NCBI GenBank assembly: GCA_902727985.1 | Contig: CACVAY010000103.1 | Span: forward strand, 11,086-75,085 | DNA: 64,000 nt | DNA from: an uncultured Thiotrichaceae bacterium | GTDB lineage: Bacteria; Pseudomonadota; Gammaproteobacteria; Thiotrichales; Thiotrichaceae | Direction of reading: 5' to 3' | Shown here: piece after piece, positions 1-10,108 of the stretch | How the letters are laid out: every line of letters begins with the position of its first letter | Numbering within the stretch: position 1 is the stretch's first letter | Notes under the pieces: model-generated | The model's input: the letters and a program-made list of their open reading frames with translations, nothing else | Told to the model about the DNA's origin: nothing | Database searches by the model: none | Position numbers and translations under genes: made by a program

Positions 1-3000
1 GGCCCCCAGATTAAAGATTTTCCACCTAAGCCCATCGCTAAAGAAAATAACCCCGCTATCGTGGTCAGGGTTGTAATGATGATAGGAATTACGCGTCGTC
101 GTGAGGCAAAAATGATGGCATGTAGTGTGCCCATGCCCTTATTGCGTCGATCATTTGCTGCTGAAATCAGAACGATAGCTGAGTTAACGGCAATACCTGC
201 CAAAGCGACGACACCGTATAAGGTATAGAGGCTTAAAGGACTTTGTGTAAATAACAAGCCGAAGATGACTCCAGCGAAAGCCATAGGTATGGTGGCGAGT
301 ATCAGTAAGGGTTGAAAATAGCTTTTGAACTGCGTACCAAGAATTAGATACATCAGTCCAATACCGATCAGAAACAGTTTGCCCATAGCATCAATACTTT
401 CGTTAATATCATCAAGCTGGCCAGAGAAGTCCAAATCAATACTGGGATGTTCAGCTTTAATAGAATTCCAGTACTGCAAAAGCTTGGCGTTGGCAGTAAC
501 CGTATCAATGCTACATTTTGAATAGTCCTTCGCGGTTTTTTTCCTCTGCGGTTCTATTTGGCAAGTATAAAAGTCTTCATTCGGATACTTCTTCAGATCG
601 GCTTCAACAGAAATGGAGCGTCGAAAATTGTGATGACGAATATTCCCTACCGCGAGTTGCTTGTTTTGTTGAGTGAGTTCACTAAGGGCAATGCTTCCTC
701 GATTGGCGGTAGGAATTTGGAAATCCAGGATGTCATCAATATTGATGAATGATTGTTGATTAGCGCGTAAACGAATCCGTAATTTCTCGCCTTGATCTTG
801 CATATCTGCAACAATTTCACCATCAATGAGTAGGCTTATCGTTCGCATTACATCGTTGGGATTAATACCTGCAAGACGAACGGCATCATGATTTAGGCTT
901 AAGCTAAGTTCCATACGTCCACTTGTCGCATTGTCAGCGATATCGTCAATACCACCTATTGTTTCAAGATGAGCTTTGATCTTCTCAGCAACACGATTGA
1001 TTTCTACAAAATCATCGCCGCGGATTTTTACACTAATCGGTTTGCTGGCCGGAGGGCCCGAGGAAAATGTCAAAAAAGAAATGTTGTCAGCACCAGAAAT
1101 ACTAGTGACGTCTTTTCGCATCGACTCCACAATATCTTCAACACGGCGAGCATTCCCATAATCAGGCTTTAATCCAACGATGATTTGTCCATAACGGTTG
1201 CCAAATAGGGGTTCAGTCTCAGTGAACATCTGTCCAGCGTAACTGACAACTGATCTAGCTTCGTTATCTTGCAAGTGTTTTTTTACTTCTTGTTCGATTT
1301 CCAGTGTCTTGTTGAGAGTGTTGTCTAGCGTGGATGTAGCGGCCATTTCGACGTTTACGTAGAACAGGCGTAAGGTATCTGCGGCAAAAAAGTTTACTTT
1401 AATGAGTCCTGCAGCAAGAATGCCTATTGCAAGAAAAAACAAGAGCATTACCGTGCTTAAGGTGGTTTTAGGCCAACGTAAAGCATAAATCAATAAGATA
1501 GAATAGCGATGTCTAATCCAGCGCATGGCTCGTGAACGTAATTGCTGTATTTTTCCGGGTTTTCTCATATTACCTCCCATCGAGGCGACATGGGCGGGCA
1601 GCATCCAAAAGGCTTCCACAAGGCTCAATAGAAGAGCAATGGTGACGACTAGTGGGACTACCAGCATGAATTTTCCTAAGATTCCAGGTAGGAGCATCAA
1701 GGGTAAAAAGGCAGAGATGGTTGTTAGTACCGCGGTGGTAACGGGTTGTGCGACTTCTTGCAAGGATCGCACAGAGGCTTCAAGAGAATCCATGCCACGT
1801 TGCATGCGATAGTAGATGCTTTCGACGACCACAACCGCATCATCGACGAGCATGCCAAGTACAATCACTACACCCAGTAAGACTGTTACATTGAGTGTTT
1901 GTCCGATGGCTGAAAGAATCCAGAATGTGCCAGCTAGGATGAAAGGAATGCCAATCGCTGTGAGAAAGGCGATACGTAGCCCCAAAAATAGCCAGGCAAC
2001 CAAAAGAACAAAGGATAACCCTATCAAAGCGTTACTTTGCATGATGTTGATCGCTTTCAGGGTTTGTGGGGTGCCATCATCAACTAAGATGAGTTTAATA
2101 CCTGTTTTGTCACTGATAGTATTTTGTGAGATGAGATAGGCATTGATGTGTTCTAGCAGTTCGATAATGTTTGTATTATCTTGCTTCATAATGGCGAGTA
2201 AGACCGCTGGATTGCCATCGACACGGACTTTCTCTGAGGCTTTTTCCCGTGTGCGTTCAACCGTTGCAACGCGACTGATGGGGACTTCACCTTCTAAATC
2301 AACGATAGGTAGTTGACTGATAACTTCTGGATCACTGGTTTTCCCCGTTATGCTAACCAGCCAATTCTGTCCTTCTGTGTCGATAGTGCCTGCGGCAATA
2401 TCTTGGAACCAAGAGCGAATCGTATCAGAAATTTGCCCAGGCGTTAGATTGAATTGTTCCAGTAAATCTGGTTCAAAGCGTACCAATAATTCTGGCTCGT
2501 TGAGTGCTACCGTATCTACACGATCAATGCCTGACATTTGTTCGAAATATTGGGTGATATTACGTGTTGCGATGCGAAGGTTTTCATCGTCTGCGATTGA
2601 CGTTATCGCAACGGTGGCAGCGGGGTAAGCATTCCCGGATGTGATTTCGACAATTTGTGGGTCATCAATGCCATCAGGTAACAAGCTCTCGGCATTTTGA
2701 AGTTCGCGCCGCATGTCCGCGAGGCGTTTTTCAAAAAGTGCAGGGTTAAGATCCTCAAAACGCACCAGAATAGACGATACATTTTCGCGACTGGTACTGG
2801 AAACGAAGCGTAAGTCTGGAATGCCATCAATCGCGTCCTCGAGTACATCCGTAATACGTTTTTCAACATCCGAAGCGCTAGCGCCAGGGTACTGGGTAAT
2901 AATACTTATCCAGTTGAAGTTGATAGTGGGGTCTTGCTGTCTGGGAAGTGCTTGATAAGATAAAAAGCCCACCACCAGCACGAGGATAAAGGTCAGATTA

Positions 3001-3035
3001 GCCAGTACGTGGTTTTGCAGCAATCGATAGAACAT
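1..3035 (-). CDS. RND efflux transporter permease (AcrB-type); C-terminus runs off the window start
   Basis: This ORF is absent from the ORF track because it has no stop in the window. My minus-strand translation starts at the ATG that is the complement of 3033-3035. It reads MFYRLLQNHVLANLTFILVLVVGFLSYQALPRQQDPTINF... and stays open to position 1. It ends ...FKSYFQPLLILATIPMAFAGVIFGLLF...ALAGIAVNSAIVLISAAND...RRRVIPIIITTLTTIAGLFSLAMG, a typical RND TM10-12 region. The + strand here has only short shadow ORFs. The gene begins 4 nt after the adaptor gene stop. Confidence 0.85.
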   Translation of the reverse strand, partial: MFYRLLQNHVLANLTFILVLVVGFLSYQALPRQQDPTINFNWISIITQYPGASASDVEKRITDVLEDAIDGIPDLRFVSSTSRENVSSILVRFEDLNPALFEKRLADMRRELQNAESLLPDGIDDPQIVEITSGNAYPAATVAITSIADDENLRIATRNITQYFEQMSGIDRVDTVALNEPELLVRFEPDLLEQFNLTPGQISDTIRSWFQDIAAGTIDTEGQNWLVSITGKTSDPEVISQLPIVDLEGEVPISRVATVERTREKASEKVRVDGNPAVLLAIMKQDNTNIIELLEHINAYLISQNTISDKTGIKLILVDDGTPQTLKAINIMQSNALIGLSFVLLVAWLFLGLRIAFLTAIGIPFILAGTFWILSAIGQTLNVTVLLGVVIVLGMLVDDAVVVVESIYYRMQRGMDSLEASVRSLQEVAQPVTTAVLTTISAFLPLMLLPGILGKFMLVVPLVVTIALLLSLVEAFWMLPAHVASMGGNMRKPGKIQQLRSRAMRWIRHRYSILLIYALRWPKTTLSTVMLLFFLAIGILAAGLIKVNFFAADTLRLFYVNVEMAATSTLDNTLNKTLEIEQEVKKHLQDNEARSVVSYAGQMFTETEPLFGNRYGQIIVGLKPDYGNARRVEDIVESMRKDVTSISGADNISFLTFSSGPPASKPISVKIRGDDFVEINRVAEKIKAHLETIGGIDDIADNATSGRMELSLSLNHDAVRLAGINPNDVMRTISLLIDGEIVADMQDQGEKLRIRLRANQQSFINIDDILDFQIPTANRGSIALSELTQQNKQLAVGNIRHHNFRRSISVEADLKKYPNEDFYTCQIEPQRKKTAKDYSKCSIDTVTANAKLLQYWNSIKAEHPSIDLDFSGQLDDINESIDAMGKLFLIGIGLMYLILGTQFKSYFQPLLILATIPMAFAGVIFGLLFTQSPLSLYTLYGVVALAGIAVNSAIVLISAANDRRNKGMGTLHAIIFASRRRVIPIIITTLTTIAGLFSLAMGLGGKSLIWG

Positions 3036-3039
3036 GTGC

Positions 3040-4089
3040 TTATTCGACGATGATGCTATCTGCATCTTGCAGCGTGAGGAGATTACTAATAATGAGTAGG
3101 GTCTCCCCCGGAAGCTCTGTTGTTGTGGACTGTCCTTCAATGGCATGATTGATAGGATGGAAGCTTGCAGATTGTTTGTCTTTTGTGATCATAACACCCA
3201 GTTTTCCATTTCTTTTGATAAGGTATTTTGCCGGCAAATATCCTTCATGGCTTTGCCATTGCACGCGTCCGCTTAAACCAATGATCAGTTTATCTGTTGC
3301 TGGTTTTTGTGAAAAACGAACCGTTAAGGAGTTGGTTTGTGGATCAATAATATTCACCATTGTGTCCAGCTTTAGTGAGGATTTTATGTTCTTTGCAATG
3401 AAATAAATATTTCTGGCCTGCTTAATAGACTGGCTTTTGATTGGCGTAAGTTGGGCCTCTACTTTAGATGCCTGGGTTTGTAATAAGCGTAATACAGGTT
3501 TTCCAGGAGTTAAAAAATCTCCCAAACTGCTGAGCCTTTCGGTGATTTGACCTTGGAAGGGAGCTTTTATCAAGCATTTATCAATAGTTAAATTACTAGC
3601 GGATAACAGAGCTTTTTTAAGAGCAACATCCGCTAAAGCTTGGTTTCTTTGAGCGAATGAAATATCGACATTATTTTGTGAAATCGTATTATTTTGGGAA
3701 AGTGATTGATTTCGCAAATATTGTTTTTTAGCGAGTTCATACTGGGCTTTTGCAGCATCAAGTGCAGCTTTGGCTTGCTGTCGTTGATTTGTGTAGTCTT
3801 TACAATCTATTTCTAGCAATATTTGGTTTTTTTCAACTATATCCCCTTTTTCAATATGTATTTTGATGACTCTGCCACTGACTTCTGCGGCCAGTAAAGC
3901 ATGGTTAATATTGACTATTTTTGCTGGCGCACTTTCTATTTTGTGGCGAAGTAGCTCCGAAAGAGGTTCTATAGCGACTGTGACACCTTCTTTCGCATGG
4001 AGGGTCGTAGTAAGTAAGCACACAAAGAGCAATATTTTGATAAATAAGAGAGTTTTATGGATGTGCCTCCACATTTTTATTAGATTCAT
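3040..4089 (-). CDS. RND efflux periplasmic adaptor (membrane fusion protein, HlyD/AcrA family)
   Basis: 349-aa ORF with an N-terminal signal/anchor (LLFIKILLFVCLLTTTLHA). It has a coiled-coil hairpin segment (QRQQAKAALDAAKAQYELAKKQYLRNQSL) flanked by lipoyl/beta-barrel-like segments. It lies immediately upstream of, and is co-oriented with, the RND permease. Confidence 0.85.
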   Translation of the reverse strand: MNLIKMWRHIHKTLLFIKILLFVCLLTTTLHAKEGVTVAIEPLSELLRHKIESAPAKIVNINHALLAAEVSGRVIKIHIEKGDIVEKNQILLEIDCKDYTNQRQQAKAALDAAKAQYELAKKQYLRNQSLSQNNTISQNNVDISFAQRNQALADVALKKALLSASNLTIDKCLIKAPFQGQITERLSSLGDFLTPGKPVLRLLQTQASKVEAQLTPIKSQSIKQARNIYFIAKNIKSSLKLDTMVNIIDPQTNSLTVRFSQKPATDKLIIGLSGRVQWQSHEGYLPAKYLIKRNGKLGVMITKDKQSASFHPINHAIEGQSTTTELPGETLLIISNLLTLQDADSIIVE

Positions 4090-4355
4090 GAATTAGCTTT
4101 GCCAATGATTGCTCTTAGTCAATTTTTTATCTATAAGGCATTAAATTATAAGATATAGATGATAAAAAAGAGTAAAGGTCTCGGTTTAGTTGTTGTTTAT
4201 TGTGAAACATTATTGCTCTGGCGTAAGAAAGTATCAATGAGAGTGCTAATAGCGGTTAGCTGAAGAGAGGGCGATTGTCTGATAGCAATGAGGTTTGTGG
4301 AGAGAGAGTTTTGAAACCAAGGGGGAAATGAAAAAATAGGCATACTTCAGCTGCT

Positions 4356-4721
4356 TTACCTGCTACATGATGCTGGGCGAACATGAGAGTTTAAGCATCG
4401 TTTGTCCTTTTTAGCATTACGTGTTGCTTTAGGGTCTAGAATGAGTTCGTTCGCTTTTACCCAGCCCGTTTTTTTATTCCAAGTAATTTTCCTCCAGTAT
4501 TGTTTGCTATAGAGGCGTTTTTTGGATCTTTTGATAATCCACTTGGCTTTAGCTGGGATTTTGACAATTTTAGCTGAATGAATGGTGGGATCCTCATATA
4601 TGAAAAGTCCTTTTTCGGTGAGAGACTTAATCATATAAATTTCAATCTTTCCAGCATGAGAAACGTTAAAAAAGAAAGTCATTGATAAAATGTAAAAAAC
4701 TGTTTTTAGGGATTTTTTCAT
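4356..4721 (-). CDS. small secreted protein, possibly SH3b-like
   Basis: 121-aa ORF with a signal peptide (MKKSLKTVFYILSMTFFFNVSHA). The segment ...AKIVKIPAKAKWIIK...WRKITWNKKTGWVKANEL resembles bacterial SH3 domains. The function is not supported beyond that. Confidence 0.45.
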   Translation of the reverse strand: MKKSLKTVFYILSMTFFFNVSHAGKIEIYMIKSLTEKGLFIYEDPTIHSAKIVKIPAKAKWIIKRSKKRLYSKQYWRKITWNKKTGWVKANELILDPKATRNAKKDKRCLNSHVRPASCSR

Positions 4722-5142
4722 AGCATCTTTTTTCCCGAATGATTATATGTATAGCGCTTACAGCACTGACGAACGTGTGCATACTATCCCGCAATACTAA
4801 ATCTGCCAAATAGTATAACTTATAGCTGCGATTAGTTTTTTGTTGGTATAAGTTAAGTTAAAGTATTCGAATATTTAGACATAGTATTTTATATCTGTTT
4901 ATGGGTACATATATCCGTAAATTATTACCACTAATCTGTTTTTCAAAAGAAAATGGCCATGTTGCTTTTTTTTCAGAAGAATCATATTAGTATTTAATGA
5001 ACTATTCCTGATATAGCGGTTCAATGATAGACACTCTTTCTTGGGTGATTGTTATTGATGAGCCTGTATCAGGGGGCACTAAATTGTATTTCAAGGTGTC
5101 ACCATGTTATGACCTCTAAATAATTGGGACCGATACTTAACT

Positions 5143-5613
5143 ATGTTTGATGATATGCTACTAATGACTAATTGGCCCTTTTATGTGCTGTTCTTGTTGC
5201 TTGGTTTCATCTTTGGATGGGTAATAAAGGGGAACTGCCGTAGAAAGTTGCTAATGATGGAGGATGAGTGGCGTTCACGTTACCAATCACTAGAAGCTGA
5301 ATATGCTGATGTATTTGGTAATGCATCTTCTGATGACGCTATTCTAGCTGAAAACAAGAAGCTGAGTCGAAAACTTAAACAGATGGAGAAAGGGGCAAGG
5401 CTTTCTGCCAAAGAGGGGAAAAAGAACCTTGAAAGAATTCGTTTGCTTGAATCAGAGTCAGAAGAGTTTCAGGATCAAGTAAAAGATCAAGAGAAGTTAG
5501 TAACTTCTCTGCAAGATACCATTTTAAAACTTGATGAGAGTATCCACAGTACAGAAAGCAGGGTGCAGGTTTTAGAGGGTGAGCTTCAGACTATTGGTTT
5601 AGATACAAAGTAG
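5143..5613 (+). CDS. hypothetical membrane-anchored coiled-coil protein
   Basis: 156-aa ORF with one N-terminal TM helix (WPFYVLFLLLGFIFGWVI) followed by a charged heptad-like region (KKLSRKLKQMEKG...LLESESEEFQDQVKDQEKLVTSLQDTILKLDE). I recognised no catalytic motif. Confidence 0.5.
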   Translation: MFDDMLLMTNWPFYVLFLLLGFIFGWVIKGNCRRKLLMMEDEWRSRYQSLEAEYADVFGNASSDDAILAENKKLSRKLKQMEKGARLSAKEGKKNLERIRLLESESEEFQDQVKDQEKLVTSLQDTILKLDESIHSTESRVQVLEGELQTIGLDTK

Positions 5614-5640
5614 GATGTTTAGAGCTATCTCTTCATCGTT

Positions 5641-6666
5641 TTATTTTTTGGTTAGGAGCATGGCATCACCATAGCTGAAGAAGCGGTATTTTTCAGCAAT
5701 GGCATGTTCATAGGCTTTAAAAATGTTTTCATAGCCTGAAAATGCAGATACCAGCATTAGGAGCGTTGAACCGGGTAAGTGGAAGTTTGTCACCATAATA
5801 TCGACAATACCAAATTCGAAACCTGGTGTGATAAATAGCTCTGTGTCCCCAGAATACGGTTGAATGCCACCTTTATGAAAAGCTGATTCCAAGCTTCTTA
5901 CAGAGGTAGTGCCTACGGCAACCACCCGTCCACCTGACTCTTTGCATGCGATGATTTTGTCGCAGGCTTCTTGATTAACGTCGATATATTCTGAATGCAT
6001 GACATGCTGGCTTAAGTCATCATGTTTTACAGGCTGAAATGTTCCTGCGCCAACATGTAGGGTAACTGATGCGGTGTTGATGCCTTTATCTTGGAGTTTT
6101 GTCATCAAGGCTTCATCAAAGTGAAGACCTGCAGTCGGGGCGGCAACAGCCCCTGGTTTGTCAGCAAAAATTGTTTGGTAGCGTTCTTTGTCGGCCTCCG
6201 TATCTTGGCGTTCAATATAGGGTGGAAGAGGGATGTGACCATACTCTTCTAGCAACTCGAGAATTGATGAGGTATCTGTTAATTGTAGTTCGAAGAGTGC
6301 GCCTTGCCTGCCGATAACTTCCATGCTGAACGCATTCTCGAGTGTAATCTGAGAACCCCCTTTGGGAGACTTACTAGCACGTATATGTGCTAGACAATTT
6401 GTATCACTCAAAACTCTTTCAATGAGAACTTCAATTTTTCCTCCTGTAGATTTAGTACCGAATAATCTAGCGGGTATTACACGAGTATCATTAAATACCA
6501 GCAGGTCATTGGGTCTTAGTACATGCTCGATATCAGCAAAGGTTCCATCGTTGATGGTGTTGGTTTCGCCTGATACTTGTAAGAGTCTACTTGCCCCTCT
6601 TTCTGCCAACGGTTGTTGTGCGATAAGCTCGGGGGGAAGGTCATAAATGAAGTCACTGAGTTTCAT
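5641..6666 (-). CDS. queA: S-adenosylmethionine:tRNA ribosyltransferase-isomerase
   Basis: 341 aa. The N-terminus MKLSDFIYDLPPELIAQQPLAERGASRLL, together with ...GAVAAPTAGLHF... and ...VAVGTTSVRSLES...NFHLPGSTLLMLVSAF, are characteristic QueA blocks. Confidence 0.95.
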   Translation of the reverse strand: MKLSDFIYDLPPELIAQQPLAERGASRLLQVSGETNTINDGTFADIEHVLRPNDLLVFNDTRVIPARLFGTKSTGGKIEVLIERVLSDTNCLAHIRASKSPKGGSQITLENAFSMEVIGRQGALFELQLTDTSSILELLEEYGHIPLPPYIERQDTEADKERYQTIFADKPGAVAAPTAGLHFDEALMTKLQDKGINTASVTLHVGAGTFQPVKHDDLSQHVMHSEYIDVNQEACDKIIACKESGGRVVAVGTTSVRSLESAFHKGGIQPYSGDTELFITPGFEFGIVDIMVTNFHLPGSTLLMLVSAFSGYENIFKAYEHAIAEKYRFFSYGDAMLLTKK

Positions 6667-6790
6667 GGGACAGGATTGTGACGATTTTTTTGGAGCGATA
6701 CAATGAAAATTACTTACGCGTGTTGATTCAGTTCCAATTTTTCATTCTCTCATCTAGTATGGCATCTCTTTTTTTATTTATATCACGCCT

Positions 6791-7468
6791 ATGCGAATTC
6801 AGGATCAACCAGACCCCTATATCGTCCCTCATTGCGAGAAGCAGATAGAAATTCTCCATCAAGACGATGATTTATTGCTCATCAATAAGCCTGATGGACT
6901 ATTAAGTGTTCCAGGGAGACACCCTTTGAATAAAGATAGTGTGATTAACCGCCTGCGTGAGGATTTTCCTGAAGCTGAGATGGCGCATCGACTTGATCTT
7001 GATACCTCGGGGATTATGGTGGTTCCCTTGCATAAAGAATGTTTAAGGTACGTTAATCGTTTATTTCAAGAGCGTGAAGTCGATAAGACCTATACTGCAG
7101 TTGTTTATGGCGTTGTTGAAGCAAATACTGGTAAAATCGAATTGCCTTTGATAAAAGACTGGCCAAATCGCCCCTTACAGAAAGTTTGTCATGAATCTGG
7201 AAAGTGGGCTTTGACGTACTATGAAGTAATGGAGCGGAATGAAATTGAGAATTCATCAAAGTTACTTTTGACTCCAGTTACTGGTCGGTCACATCAGCTG
7301 AGAATTCATCTTAGTAAAATTGATCATCCGATTTTGGGATGTGATATGTATGCCCACCAAGAAGGATATGATATGGCTGATCGACTTTTATTACATGCGA
7401 CAACGCTATCCTTCATTCATCCGAGTACAGGTGAGCGTTTACAGGGTGAATGTTTACCCGAATTTTGA
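6791..7468 (+). CDS. rluA: RluA-family RNA pseudouridine synthase
   Basis: 225 aa, with LLINKPDGLLSVPGR, the catalytic-Asp block HRLDLDTSGIMVV, KTYTAVVYG and TGRSHQLRIHL. The size matches RluA-type enzymes, which lack an S4 domain. Confidence 0.88.
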   Translation: MRIQDQPDPYIVPHCEKQIEILHQDDDLLLINKPDGLLSVPGRHPLNKDSVINRLREDFPEAEMAHRLDLDTSGIMVVPLHKECLRYVNRLFQEREVDKTYTAVVYGVVEANTGKIELPLIKDWPNRPLQKVCHESGKWALTYYEVMERNEIENSSKLLLTPVTGRSHQLRIHLSKIDHPILGCDMYAHQEGYDMADRLLLHATTLSFIHPSTGERLQGECLPEF

Positions 7469-7708
7469 GGCGTTATTCTTTAGATTTGTTGTGGTCTCTA
7501 AAGAAATGTCGGGAATAAAGCTAGATTTTTAGGCTATAGTCCCCACTTAAGATATACTGTTGGGGAATGTCGAGAAGTTGAAAAAGGGCGGTCAGGTAAC
7601 TTTCATTTATATATTTGACAAGTTATATCTAAATTTCTAGGTGTATGAGTTTTATCCTAGATTACATGCCTCTGTTAGAAATATTGGCAGATTGAGAAAG
7701 TTGAAATA

Positions 7709-9883
7709 ATGATAAATCACAAATCTATACTGGCTACAGCTATACTGCTATTACCGCTTTTCAGCGTGAGTAGTTGTTATGGCAATGCACAAAATAATAC
7801 AACAGCTGTTGCGGAAGAGCCGTCAAATGAGACGCTGACACCTAGACACGGCTATGAATTGAGAACGATTGACCAACTTCTGGGAAAATATCATCTCAAA
7901 AAATTCACTTTAAATGATTCTTTCTCATTGAAGATTTGGGACAGTTATATTGAGCAGTTAGACCCTAATCGAATCTATTTTACACAGAAAGATATCGATG
8001 CTTTGTCGAAGCATAAAAACCAATTTGATGAGTATATTGAAAGCGGCAACACAACTGCCGCATTAGAAATCTTCAATGTCTATAAAAAGCGGGTCAAAGA
8101 ACGTTCAGTCTTTGCGGTAAAGCGTGTAAAGGAGCCCTTTAATTTTGCTTTAAATGAAAGTTATGTCATTGACCGCGCTGAAGAGAAATGGGCTGCGGAT
8201 ACACAAGCTCTAAATGATTTATGGCGAAAACGGATCAAGAATGACTTGATTAGTTTGAAACTTGCCGATGATAAAGAGAAAGACCCCATTGAGTCTTTAA
8301 CGCAACGTTATTCGAATTTAGCCAAGCGGACAACTCAATTAAAGCAAAATGAAGTGTTCCAGATTATTGCTAATTCATTTGCAGGTGCGCTAGAACCACA
8401 TACATCTTATTTCTCCCCCCGTGCGTCAGAAGAATTTAATATCCAGATGCGCTTATCGCTAGATGGTATCGGTGCGGTTTTACGAACTGAAGATGATTAT
8501 ACAAAAATCGTGAGTATAGTACCGGGTGGGCCTGCTGATAAGGTTGGTGTGCTGAAGGCTGGTGATTATATTACGGGTATTGCTCAGGGAACTGGTAAGC
8601 CGGTGAAAGAAGTCATTGGTATGCGTTTATCAGATGTGGTGAATCTCATTCGTGGGAAGAAAAACACAACGGTTGAGTTGACGTTCTTGCCAGGAGCTTC
8701 TGGGATTCATGGTAAAGCCCGGAAAGTATCGATTGTGCGCGATAAGGTTAAGCTTGAACATCAAGCAGCTAGTAAACGTATTATTGATGTTAATACAGAA
8801 ATTGGGAAGTCGAAGATTGGTGTCATTGATCTACCTTCGTTCTATATTGATTTTGAAGCACGTGCTCGAGGTGATAAAGATTTTCGCAGTACAACCCGAG
8901 ATGTTGAGAAACTGCTGAGTGAACTCAGAGATAAAGACAAAGTTGATGGGGTCGTTATTGATCTCCGCGGAAACGGTGGGGGCTCGCTCTCAGAAGTTAT
9001 TTCTCTAACAGGTTTGTTTATTGATGAAGGTCCTGTTGTACAAGTAAGAGATTCAGAGAATCGTAAGTTGGTACAAGATGATACATATCCTGGTATTGCT
9101 TACGACGGGCCTATTGCCGTTATGGTTGATCGAGGAAGTGCTTCTGCTTCAGAGATTTTTGCAGGCGCTATCAAAGATTATGATCGAGGCATTGTGATTG
9201 GTGAGACAACCTTTGGTAAAGGTACGGTGCAGACCATTTTACCGATTGGTTCCGGTAGTACTATGTTTAGTGGTTTTAAACGAGAAAGCTTGGGACAGGT
9301 GAAAATCACAACAGCGCAATTTTTTCGAGTGAATGGCGAAAGTACGCAGTACCGGGGTGTAGAGCCTGATATTACGTGGCCAATTCCAGAGCAACCTGAG
9401 GATTTTGGTGAGCGTTCACTGAAAAATGCAATTGACTGGACTTCGGTAGATAAGGCGCCATTTCGCAAATATCCAAAAGCAATTCACCCATCGGTATTAG
9501 ATCAGGAACGTAAGATATCAACCAATCGTATCCACCAGGATGAAAAATTCCTTGCGATGATTGATAAACTAAAATTACTGACGGATGCAGGTAAAGAAAA
9601 GCGTATTTCTTTGAGTTTAGAGACACGTAAAAAGAAGCGTGAAGAGTTTAATCACAAGTTGTTAACTGCAGAAAATAAAATACGTAAAGCGGATAAGCTT
9701 TCTGTTTATGCATCGATAAAGCAGATGCAGGATGAGCAATCTGCGCGCAGCGATGATATTTTCAATAAGGAGGAGCAACCTGTCGATCCTTTCTTGAAAG
9801 AAACGGCTAATATTTTGAGTGATATTCGTTATTTATCTTCCATAGACCAGCTGACTAAGAGTAAGTCTGTATCCCAGTTTTAG
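7709..9883 (+). CDS. prc: tail-specific (C-terminal processing) protease
   Basis: 724 aa with a signal/lipobox-like N-terminus (LLLPLFSVSSC), a PDZ block (LDGIGAVL...IVSIVPGGPADKVGVLKAGDYI) and an S41 catalytic core (VIDLRGNGGGSL...GSASASEIFAGAIKDY..GETTFGKGTVQ). Confidence 0.92.
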   Translation: MINHKSILATAILLLPLFSVSSCYGNAQNNTTAVAEEPSNETLTPRHGYELRTIDQLLGKYHLKKFTLNDSFSLKIWDSYIEQLDPNRIYFTQKDIDALSKHKNQFDEYIESGNTTAALEIFNVYKKRVKERSVFAVKRVKEPFNFALNESYVIDRAEEKWAADTQALNDLWRKRIKNDLISLKLADDKEKDPIESLTQRYSNLAKRTTQLKQNEVFQIIANSFAGALEPHTSYFSPRASEEFNIQMRLSLDGIGAVLRTEDDYTKIVSIVPGGPADKVGVLKAGDYITGIAQGTGKPVKEVIGMRLSDVVNLIRGKKNTTVELTFLPGASGIHGKARKVSIVRDKVKLEHQAASKRIIDVNTEIGKSKIGVIDLPSFYIDFEARARGDKDFRSTTRDVEKLLSELRDKDKVDGVVIDLRGNGGGSLSEVISLTGLFIDEGPVVQVRDSENRKLVQDDTYPGIAYDGPIAVMVDRGSASASEIFAGAIKDYDRGIVIGETTFGKGTVQTILPIGSGSTMFSGFKRESLGQVKITTAQFFRVNGESTQYRGVEPDITWPIPEQPEDFGERSLKNAIDWTSVDKAPFRKYPKAIHPSVLDQERKISTNRIHQDEKFLAMIDKLKLLTDAGKEKRISLSLETRKKKREEFNHKLLTAENKIRKADKLSVYASIKQMQDEQSARSDDIFNKEEQPVDPFLKETANILSDIRYLSSIDQLTKSKSVSQF

Positions 9884-9941
9884 AGAGAAATAACACTTGT
9901 CCTAATCATAGCCTAGAAAGCAAGAATGATGGTTAGCGCTT

Positions 9942-9967
9942 AAAGCCCCTTTTGTAGGGGCTTTTTT
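9942..9967 (+). terminator. intrinsic terminator after prc
   Basis: The stem AAAGCCCCT (9942-9950) pairs with AGGGGCTTT (9956-9964) around the loop TTTGT, and TTT follows. It lies about 60 nt after the prc stop. Confidence 0.65.
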
Positions 9968-10108
9968 GTGTGCCAGATTTCTAGAAAATGAAGATGGTGG
10001 AATAGGTCTAAATGTTATGAGAAGGGAGCTTAGGCGATATTTTATAGGGTAGTTGAATTTCGTGTTGTAGCTGGTTGTAAGGTTTAGAGAGCAGCAATCT
10101 TATAACGA

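Noticed and set aside
325-2955. A series of + strand ORFs of 61-107 aa (for example 1525-1812, 1816-2139 and 2350-2628).
   Set aside because: They are shadow ORFs antisense to the long minus-strand RND permease frame, which stays open from 3035 to the window edge. Their translations are low-complexity and carry no motifs.
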